Translations under genes and position numbers: made by a program | Assembly: GCF_052425735.1 (NCBI RefSeq) | Contig: NC_135766.1 | Span: forward strand, 27,962,001-28,026,000 | From: Oculina patagonica | Lineage: Eukaryota | Reading direction: 5' to 3' | DNA length: 64,000 bases | In this document: positions 39,101 through 50,400 of the stretch, in pieces | How the letters are laid out: the number at the start of each line of letters is the position of its first letter | Numbering within the stretch: the stretch's first letter is position 1 | The notes under the pieces: model-generated | What the model was told of the DNA's origin: nothing | Seen by the model: the letters and a program-made list of their open reading frames with translations, nothing else | Databases searched by the model: none

Positions 39101-42100
39101 CATGAGCTGAAGACGAATTGTACTGCGCTAAAAGATCATCTGATGTTGCTGCCACTGGTTCTTTTCTGAAAGTTGAAAACCCGTCCGACTGTCGCAGTTC
39201 CAAGCCTTTAACATTAGACTCGGCTAATACGGTACTGTCATTCTTTTCTGGCGCTGTATCTTTCCTAAAAGTTGTAAATCCGTCAGACTCTCGAAGATCT
39301 TTAACATTTGCGCCTGCAGGAGGATTTTCTTCATAATCGTGGCTAACAGCACTTGTCCGCTGTTGGCTGGGAGGCCTGTGCTCCCGTGTATCACTATAAG
39401 AATTTTTACCGAATGTAGCGAAGTGACCATCTTGCTGTGAGCCTTGGAATCTTTGATTTTCCTGTGGCAGACTGCTTTCCAAAGCTGGTCGACCCTGCTT
39501 GCCTTTCTTGTAAGTTCTAAAGTCTTGTGCCACAGAATCATTTTCAAAATGTTGAACAACATCTTGATTAAAATCAAACACGTAAGCTTCTGATTTCTTG
39601 GATCTGGTGACAGTTGTAGAATTTCTCTGCGCGCTTTCGTTCGTCTGAGAGTTAAAATCCTCATTTGCAGTGTCTTCCTTAGCTCCGTGCGAGTTTGACA
39701 AGGAGCGCTCAAATATCACGACATCGCCCGGGCTGTCCTGCGCGGTCATATCACGTGATCGAAAAGCAGCTTCTTGTCGGGCATCGTCCCGTTTCCCGCG
39801 GGTTAAAGCGGGCGAATGTGCGGGCGAGCTCTCGAGCGAGTCCCGTCTCCCGTCCACACCCTCAGTTGGATAAGCCTCGTTTGATTCACCGCCGCCAGAG
39901 GACAAGACAAGCGGTCTGAAACCAGACAGATCACGACTTGAATTTGTTTCTTTCTGACTAAGTTTCCTACTGTGAAAAACATCGCCAGGTTCCGAATACA
40001 CCGATTGACTGCTCGCTGAGTCCACCCGTGGACGAATTTCTTCCGAGCTAGCGTTGATCACAGGAATACCAGCCGCTTGAGCCGACTCCACGGACACCTG
40101 ACTTACAGTATAGCTACCGCGCGCAAGCTGCTCAAATGACTTACTCTTGGACGGAAAGTCACGAGCCTTGTTAGGTTGCAATGTTTGAAATCTTGGTGTC
40201 GCGCTATATTCTGGATCGCTCGGGAATTTGTCGTCTTCCTCGGCGACTAAAGTCCTTTCAGTATCTTCTCTGTCCTTAAGACTCGTTCGCTGTTTCTTTC
40301 TATCAAGCGTGTTTGCGGGCGAAGTTGTGAAAAACGCGGGCATAAACGGAGCAACATCAAGAGGTGAACACGGGCTGCTAGGCGCAGTGGAATTAGGAGA
40401 TGAATGCGAGTTAGGATTGGACACCACTGAAGGACAAGGCTCTGTTCCTTCAGTTATAGGAGACAGCTGATCTGTGGGAACTTCCGGTTCAGATACCTCA
40501 AGGAGCGTGCGCTGTTCTGGAGGATTTCTAGGGCTGCTGACCGCATTATTGCGGGCGAGCAAGATAGGATCATCATCGTCTTCCATCTCCACTTCATCCG
40601 GGATCTCTCGTAGCTTGTCCTCTGTGAGCCTCTGCAGAACTTCCAGTCTGAACTTGTTCATATCCTCGCTACTGACGCTCGTGTTGAGGTCGTCTTCTTC
40701 ATCTTGCGAGGGTGCATCGGGAAGTTTACTCGGTTTTACGAACCTTCGAGGAGTTTCAACGCTCTTCCCGGCCAGGATCATGGCTTCAATCTCCTCAAAC
40801 TGGTTCAGTTCTTTAGTGGAGATGTCACTTGTACAACTGTCCCGGACACCTGTCAAGAAAACGCCGCGTACATTAACAAATCACACTAAATTTCACATTA
40901 AGTAACATGTTTTCAAGCACAAATGCAATGCTACTCTCTCCCAACAAAAGATCATTTCATGGTAAATGGGCGTGCGTCCCGCTAACCACGCCCCAGAGAG
41001 GTTGCCCAGAGCTTCTCAAACTAAAAGAAAATCATAACCGTGAAGGAGCTTTGGATACCCGTTCTTAATTAGCATAGATTTTTACGATCTTATTTCTCCG
41101 TTTACCCCGTTGTTTTTGTTTCGATTGAGAGGATATATCAAACACTCGAGATAGTGTTTCATCGGCTATCCAAATGTCTCGAATTTTGTCAAAAATACTC
41201 TCTTCTCGGTGTTTGGATGTCCCGATGAAACACTGTCACTCGTGTTTGATATATTACAATTTTCGGACTGCTCTCGGTGGCTTCATATAAAAATAAGAAG
41301 GGCCTATACACTGCAGGTATCGCAAGGGATATAGGCAAGGTTATGAATCCTATTGAAGCCTCGAACCACACCACTAGTTTACATCTCATTACCTGATTGC
41401 ATGGAGTGTTGTCTTTCCCTCGGCCTATCCCCAGACGATCTCATATTCAGACTGTCTGTTGATTTTGGACTTGAAGACAGACTATCCTGAGAGGTGTGCT
41501 CTTCACGCTTAGCTGTTAATCCTGATGACGTCATTGGCACGTGAATCCCTTGTGCTTGTGCCCCCCTCTGGGGAGCACCCCCTTCTGTGCCCCTCTGAGG
41601 AACACTGCCGGTTAGGTTTGGTCTGATGAGAAAAATCAGAATAGGCATACATGTAAACTGTCTAAGCACGGATGTTCTGTTCTGGTAGTAAGTTATAGAG
41701 AAAGCCTTTAGAAAAATGCACAGATTATACTCAAACTTCCTAAAAGGGAGCAACTTACAAATTGGGAGTCTGTTACAGTCCTATGGTAAGGTTTGGTGGA
41801 TTGTTTCTATTTTCGCGGAATTTCGTTTATATTAAAGAGCAAGTATGAGCAAGGATAGGTAACTGACTTTTGCTGAGTGTAAATATATTTCCATATCCTC
41901 AAATAAGCGAGTATTTCCTCATTTTAAACGTTCCGCAACCGAGCCGAATGCTTTGACAAGTGGCGCCGACAAGTCCGTATTTACCTGTTTTCAAACACGT
42001 AGAACTTTTTTAGTAAAGTTCCAAAAAATTTAGCAAACCATCAGAATACCGGTTAAGTATCGATCTTTGAACAGTGAAAAATACAACCTTATCTTTGAAG

Positions 42101-45100
42101 TACTTTTCTTGTTTTTTTACATATATCTATCGTTTGACCGCGCTCGAATCAGTGCCAGCCCCTATCCCTGGTTTCTGTAGCTTGAAGTAAGTAGGAATAT
42201 TCCTGCTCCACCTCCCCCCTTCCGCCCCCTGAAATGAATGAGATGCTATATTTAGTTCAACACAGATTCCCTTCCCCCCCCCCCCCCCAACCTCCCCACC
42301 AGCATTTTGCCCGGCAGCCCTAAAACTTTGGTGGTACACATTTATCTCTGGGGGGTGGGGGGAGGGGTCACTGTGGAAAGTATAAGTGTCTTGTGCCAAA
42401 CATTACACAATGACCCCAGCTAGGGTTTGAACTCTTGACTTCAAAATCTAAAGATCCGTGAACACTGAGTCCCTTCCCCTTGTGGGAGTTATCCCCTTTA
42501 ACACTAGTTACAAAATTTAGACTGTTAGTGTGAGAAATGGCCAGGACCACAACTCAGTGATCCCTTATCATACGTGTCCCCTCAGTGGAGATTTTAACTT
42601 TACATAGTTTTTGTGTGACCTGGCCAGAATCAGCACTCTGAGTCTAAAATTGACCCACCTGAAGTCAAGCGATATTCTCTCATTCCTGCTAGAGGCAAGG
42701 TTGCTGTCAGACAAACTTGCCCCAGTGTCCTCCTGCCAAGCATGGAAGGACTGCCTGGGCTCCACCTTTGCTTTGTCAAGCCCAGTCAGGGACTGGGACC
42801 GCTGGAGGTCATTGAGTTGCAACTCTGCGAGACATATTCAAAACAATGTTTAAACTCTGTCAATGTCCAAAAGAGTGATTTCAAACTCAATCCATAACTC
42901 CCACAGACCCTAACCAGTAAACGTCCCACACTGCCAGACCAGAAATGCAGGGTAGGGTGGCCAGACTTAATGAATTTATTTTTATTGAATTTAAACAATT
43001 TTAAAAAGAACAGGTCAAGGGAAATTATACTGTTTTTATACATCAATCATCAACATTGTAAATAATGTCTGCAGTTAAATTATTAACACTGCGAGATTTA
43101 TGTTCAAAGTGACTTTTAGGTCAATTTTATTTTTCATAAAATTTAATTGTACTGTATTTTCAATACTTTCCATTTAGTAGTTACTATTTACCAGACTGGT
43201 AAGATTTCAAACTCAGTCCCCCATTGTTCAAAGAAATAAAAACGTTATTGTGCATTATTTAGTTTGTTTTGTTTGGTAAGGGTTTGGTGAAACATACCCC
43301 TTTAGTAACATGACTCATGCACTCTATTTACAAGTCAAAAGACTTCAGAAAGATTAAACATACCTTGCAAATACCTCTGAAGTATACTTTTATCTGCAAA
43401 GTTAGATTATTTTTAACAGGTTTAAACAATATTATTTTATAACCTTATGATAATAATAATCATGGTAATTTAAAATTAAACAATTCATGTGAGTTGAACA
43501 GTTAACTAAGCATAGAGGGTCGAACCTTCATTAGATAAAATTATCAGAAAGGTGGAACCTTTTTACAATTATTCTGTTTCAAAAATAGTATAGCGTGAAA
43601 ACGAAAAATTGAATTTTTAACAAACTCATGGATGTAAGGGAATTATGCCGATCTTTAAATACAGTGATATATTAAAATTTTAACAGCAAAGTAAATGCAA
43701 AATCATAATTTATTTAAAAAGGATGCTTTACTATCGATGACAAAAAGCATGATCCATGTAATATTATATAAATAAAATTATGTTCTCTTCAGAGAGTCTA
43801 AGCTGATTGAATTTTAAAATATATTCCAAGACCTGCAGTATTATAAAACTACATGTATTATAACATGTTTAACATTTATAACACACACATGTACCTGCGT
43901 TTAGTTTAGAAATGATGAAAGAATAATTTTCAAAACTGCCAGAAGCGAAACTATTTGTAATTCTGCAACACAGAATGATGGAGTTTTGATTTTTTTGCTG
44001 CTCATATTTCCCAGACTAAAGTGTCAACACAGCAACCATACTTTATCCTTATAAATTATTCATGTGAAAAGTATGATTTTACCTCAGATGGAATAAATTT
44101 TGGTCACATCCACTTCAGAATTAATTGCAGCAAGGAAATTGACTTAGCCTAAGCAATAAGTCATTTATTTTTTCTTGTTTAATTATTTGTTCATATATAA
44201 TGTTTACAGTTTTTTTTGTATTTTTCATCAAACTGATGTATTTGCCTTCATCTCAAGGCAGCAGGCAGCCAGAACAGGTAAAAAAGCATCAAAAATGCAT
44301 CCAAGTTTTGAATAGCAATTCGCAAAGAAAGCCACACAGAATCTACAATTATGTAGTAAGATTTCCATAAATATAACTTCCCATGATGTGTTATTGTTGA
44401 TACAAGGAGAGGGAGGGAAAATGTCAGCAGGTGTTCATGTGTGAATAAATGATATTATTTAAATTATTTTCAGTCAAAATAAAAATATGAAAGGCCAATT
44501 TGCCAGCAGCATAATATGAATTCTGTTTACAGACAGTTGTCTTTTGTCATGTTTATTTGTACGAAAGGTTCTTTATGACTTAGCATGAGGGAGGTTTGCA
44601 TTAGAATCAATGTCATAAATTTGCATTTTGTTAGCTTTTTCATGATAACATTTTTCATTAGCTCTTTTGCCTTTATTTTACATGGTACAAAAAAAATGAA
44701 AAAAAAAATTAAATTCAAGGGGGTTCACAATGTTTTCAAGTGGACATCAGCAACTGGAAAAGTACATATACTTAGGTGGTCCTGTGTGACGCTGTGCTTG
44801 TTTATTGCAAGCTGATTGCTATGACCAGAGTAACCAGTGACATAATTTATATAATCAAGTAGCTGGCAGAACTGTGGCAGTTGCCAGGTTGGTTTTAAAA
44901 CCCTGAGAAATTTATTAATGTACAGGCAACAAAAATAACAGTTAAATCTTACCTTCTACTTCTTCTTGCTGCATATCCCAATCTTCAAGATCAAGTGTTC
45001 TTTGCTTCTGTTTATTGCGTCGCATCAGAAGTGGAACGTCTTGTCTGGGTGTGGTCCGAGGGCTTCCATGCACGTTACCTGGTAAGCTATGTTTCCTGGA

Positions 45101-47402
45101 ATCTCCAGCAAGAACTGGTCTCTGGAGTATTCCACTGAATGGATTTTCTTTTTCTTTTTCTTTATCGGTGCCTTGTTTTGGCAAAGGTCCATTTAAAGGA
45201 GGTTGCTGTATGTCATTATCAACAGTGAAATCCAAATGAAATGGAGACTTAAATGACAATCGACTATTTGAGTTCACTTGGCTGTCACTTTGCGATTTCC
45301 AAACACTGGTATTTTCCTGTCTCACATAATCAGAAGCAGAGCTGCTTAACTGACCAGACATTGATGACGATCTTTCACTTTTGCTTTTAAAAGATTCCCT
45401 AGGACTTCCATGTCCAATGAATTTACTTTTGTCTGAGTTTAAAACTGGAGCACTAGAACTTTTGTTATCCATGACATTTTCTTTATTTGCGGCAATATAC
45501 CTTAGGTCAACATCTGACTTAGAAGTCTGTTTCTCAATAACACCATTTTCTGACGATTGTGATTCCATTTCACACTTCTGAAATATCTCAGCAAGGAGTG
45601 CAATAACATTTGGCTTCATGGCTTGCGATCCATATAATAAATCTTCAACTTTAAGCGCTAGAACAGAAGTACAGATGAACTGACTACAAAGAGAGCGGAA
45701 TAGATCAAGATTGTGAACACAGTCTTCTGTAGAAAGATTCTTGTCAAAACGAACATCTGTAAAACAACATGGAAAAAACATAGTTTACATGGTATTTATG
45801 GTATTTAACATTAAGGACTGTTCCCAAGTAAAACAAAATTAACTGGTTTCCCAAGAGATCAGTCATTAAAGACTGATCTCTTATGAAGACTTAGAAAAAA
45901 GGCAGTCCTCGGTCAACATTCACGGGCAACATTGCACTGTTACAGTCTGACATAATAGATTTTGCAATGGTGCCCGCTCAGAGACATTTGATAGGAAACA
46001 GGTTCTATTGGTAGGTGTCATGTGACCTCGAATTAGCCAATAAAAGTGCTCACTGTTGTGGAAAAATTTCTAGCTTTATAACAATATTTTATATGTATTG
46101 TATTTTATTAAACAAAACATGAAACAAAACAAAATAGTCATCTTTACTTTGTTTGATAACTTATATTACTTCAAAGTTAACAACTGACTGAAACTATTTT
46201 AGTTAATAATTTTATCATGAAGGCTGATAATAATCTAATTCATCTGCAAGGATGGTAATGAACTACACGTGGCAACTTTAATTTGTTATTTAATTTTGAT
46301 GGTAAATAACTGTGTAAAAACTTACCTTCAAGGTTAATAACTGTTGGATGGTAAAACATTACAATGCCAAGTAAACTCTTCCCGTCACTGATATCCTTCA
46401 GAAGTTCTTCCATCACAGGAAATGCCGTCTGCACTTTTGGTTGTAGCTGGTCACGACGAAACCTGAATCGCTTGGCTTTATCCTGATTCTGAAGAAGCTG
46501 TTCTGCATGCTGCTTTTGCTTTTTCAGCTGATTTTCATTCAACGCTGCACAGATTTTGTTGATCCATAAAAGCAAAGCATCTTCTAAATCAAAAGGAAGC
46601 TCTTTGGAGGCATTGAATGACGAGAACTTGCTGTGGAATTTAAAAAGAGGGAAAGGTTGAACATTAATAAATTAATCGGGTATTGTCAAGTACCATTGAT
46701 TTAGTATTATTTCGTAAAAAAATAGCAGTTGTGAATGTGATGCAATTAAAACCTTCAGCTACATGGTATGGCTCACACAATAACAACAACAACAACAACA
46801 ATGACAACTCATCGTCATCATTATCATTACCATCATCACTCTTTGTCACTCCCAGGGAAGCATACCTGAAAGAACATGCATGATTCAAAAAGGTAAAGCC
46901 TGCTGTCGAGCCAAGTGGTTCATCAGGCTGGAGCTTATCCCAGTTTCTGTAACATTAAGCAACTAGGAGTATAAATACTCCCCCCTGGATGGGATGCTAG
47001 TCCATCACATGGTTACCCCCAGCAGTAAATTTGCCTGTACACCTGGATGGAGAGAGGCACTATGAGAGTAAAGTGTCTTGCCTAAGAACATAATGCAGTG
47101 CCCCAGCCATTTGTCAAACCCAGACCGCTCACAGCGCGCTAACCATAAGGCCACCGTGCCTCCCACATGATTCAAAAAGAGTCTTATAAATATTACCTGA
47201 CACACTGTACTACTTGATGTACAGTGACAGCTCGTGCAGAAAAGGCGTTCATTAGACAATCCATTAGCGCAAGATGTGTGGACTAAAAAATTGATAAAAA
47301 GAGATATTAGAGAGCCCTGACAAAGGTTAATCAGCTGTATGCATAAAGAATTACATGAACCTTTGAGTGTATAATTTAATGACTGCGGGCGGGGGGGGGG
47401 GC

Positions 47403-47436
<34 letters not shown>

Positions 47437-50400
47437 TAGCCAGTTTACAGATTACTTATAAGGTCTTAAATTAAGGTTTAACTCCTGCACAAGAGCTACT
47501 GCAAACATCCAAAAACTAGCGCCTTTCTCTAAAAGAAAAATATAACATGATCATGCAAAGATTTCTCTTAACAAAAGCCCCCTATATTAATGGACATATC
47601 AGAGCTATGCTGTAGCAGTGCTTAGTGCCACAAGCAAATTAGTGTTGTCTTTGGGTGACTTGTAAATCTTGACTATTATGAAAGTTTTTAAGAGCTGGGC
47701 ACCCAAGATTTCTTACAGAAAAGCCTTTTGGCACACTGCAATTATATTGACTAAGAGCAGACCTTTTGCATATGAATGTGCAGAAAAGTACAGTATGTTA
47801 CTCCCAGTATGTTTTACTAAATTAATGTAATGTGATTGTTATCATAATGGCCATAAATACCTTTCTAAATGGTTTCTTTTGCTGTAAAGCAGAATCTGTG
47901 ACAGCAATGTCGCCTTCTTCAACGACATAAAAGCCATGACGAGAGAGAGTTTGAATAAGGGCCCACTGACCAATGACAGGAACTTTTCCATGGAAGATAC
48001 TGTCACACACCCTGCAGTAGATTTCTCCATTTGTGAGGAATTCTGTTACCTCAGGACGGACAGTGATACGTTTCTATTGAAACAGACATGAAACTTATTA
48101 CTTATTAGCCAATTAACTTCACGGTATATCAAAATTAATTCTTATAAGTGGAAATTGTGCAGCAGTCAAGATGAACCCTACCCTCATGCACCTCTAGAAA
48201 TATGATTACGGTCAACTCCCTCCATACAACACCCTTGAGACCACAATTGAGGAAGTCCCTAGTAGCGAGAGTTATTTTCAGTAATTCTTATTCACCAGGA
48301 CTTCAACTTCTGTCTGTAATAACATGGTCCATTATGGTGAGGTGTCCACAAGCCTGGCAAGAGTTGACTGTATCATATAAAACTAGGTCAGCCTGGTATT
48401 CTTTCCTGGATGGGATGCTAGTCCATCGAAGGGTTACACCCCCCCCCCCCCCCTTCACCCAGCACCCAGCATTAAATTTGCTGGTACCCATTAGTACACC
48501 TGAATGGAGAGAGGCACTGCGAAAGTTAATACACAGTTCTGTTAAATGTAATTTATGTTGTGGCAACTTTGAATTAAAAATAAAGATCAATGTCATGTCA
48601 TGTCCACCAAATTGGTGTCTTATTTGGACGTATGTCATTTCAGCAGAAAAAAAAAAAAAACAGTTTGAAGCCTTGTATACCTCAGCATCTCTCTGGATGG
48701 GACTGGTCACTTGTGAAGGGATATTATCAAATTCTCCATCTTCTGTTGCCCGAAACACCAACCAGTAAAGGGAAGCTGCAAACTTTGCCTGTTAATAAAA
48801 ACAAACAAAAAAGTCAAGTGAAGTGTTCTCTATAATATGTAACAAGAAGCTCTAAGAGCTAAGGAACTTTTGAAAAGGGGGGGGGGAAAAGGGAAAAAAA
48901 AAAAAGAAAGGAAACTAGGCCTGGAAGTTTGATCACAAAGTGTAACTGGTTTTTCATGTGTAAAAGACATGACGCAGCACAGCGGAACCTTTGGCAAGGC
49001 TGGGAGTCATGTTAGTCACATTAGTCAATTATAAAAGTCCAAGAATGCACACATAAACCCCAGAAGTGACAAGTTAAAGCCCACTGAATACATGTATCTC
49101 TTTCAGATCCCAAACCATCTACTTTTCAAAAACCTTTGGCTAATAATAATGATAACAATAACGTTATAAACATGTCAGTTTCATTATCCTGGGAAGAAAC
49201 CACTTTCAACCCCCCCCCCCCTATACCTCTCCTCTTACCCCAAAAACGAATAATAAATTAATAAACAGTCAATGATGCGTGACACTTTGGATCATAGTAA
49301 AAAATTCGAGAAAAAACTCTTTTAAGTGTTTTTTTATTACATTACATTGAAGAAGGGCCTGCCGAACGTCTGTAAATTTAATCTTCTGACACTTAAAAGA
49401 GTTTTTTTTGAATTTTTTACTAATAAATTAATATAATGCCATCACCAAAGTTACATCACTTAATATGGGTCAATCACAGTGTGTGGTAAAACCACAATAC
49501 GGTATTGTTATTTGTGTTAACCATTTTTATGCTAATATCTATGTACAATAAAGTGTAATATTTTAGTTTCAAAAACCAGTACCTCTTCCAATGGCCATGA
49601 AAACTGAACAGTGGAATTGTCAAAAATAGCTGGCAGTGGGTGAAAATCACTAACTACTTTTTTTTGCCAGCTTCTCGCTAGCTGGAATATCCTCTGATTC
49701 CCAACCTACCATTAGCCGCCTTGGTTCTACCTACTTCAAAACTTTCTGACAACCCTGATACAGTACTACACAGTAAAGTCCTGATTATGAACCCTCGGTT
49801 TCTTGAAACTCCCGATTTCTGAAACCAATTTTCATTTCCCTTGGATAGTACAGTTCTAAAAATTTTTCCCCAGATTTCTCAATCCTCCTGATTTCTCAAA
49901 GAAGTGTTCGTTTCCCCTGGAGGTTTGAGAAATTGGATTCTATTTAATGTAAATTGTTAATTCCAGTTAATATACAAGAACTTCAAAGATGTGATAACTA
50001 ATTTAGACTGTACATTTTGCCCTTTTTATATTGTATTTTAATTTAGAAACCCATTACACAGCAAGAAATTCCTTTCAAAACTTGACAGGTTTAAAATTAG
50101 TGTTGGAAACAGCAGGATTTTATTGTAAACTCGTGTACAGTACTGTTAATGTTTACCTAAACGAAAACCAAAATGCAAATTGGTCACAACATAATCATCA
50201 CACATGTTTCCTTAAGTAATGAAAGTAGATAATTGGCCCATCTTGTCTCGACTCTGGGTACGTCTGAAATCCACAAGACCCAACCAATTTAGAAACACTT
50301 CATTTGCCGAGAAACAAAAACAACAGGGAAATATAATTCAATGGATATGCCTGTCAAGAGTTCCTTACGTTTGACATTAATTTAAAACGTGGTTTTTGCG

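Larger units (their letters stand above)
24497..40880. repeat. Copy B of the ~16.4-kb duplicated segment
   Basis: Begins exactly at the gap with aaacccgaccgcaagaaac, as at 7611. Confidence 0.9.

Noticed and set aside
6033-40849. Two paralogous CAMSAP genes
   Set aside because: Only one set of N-terminal exons and one set of terminal CKK exons exists, and the duplicate boundaries coincide with the gap.
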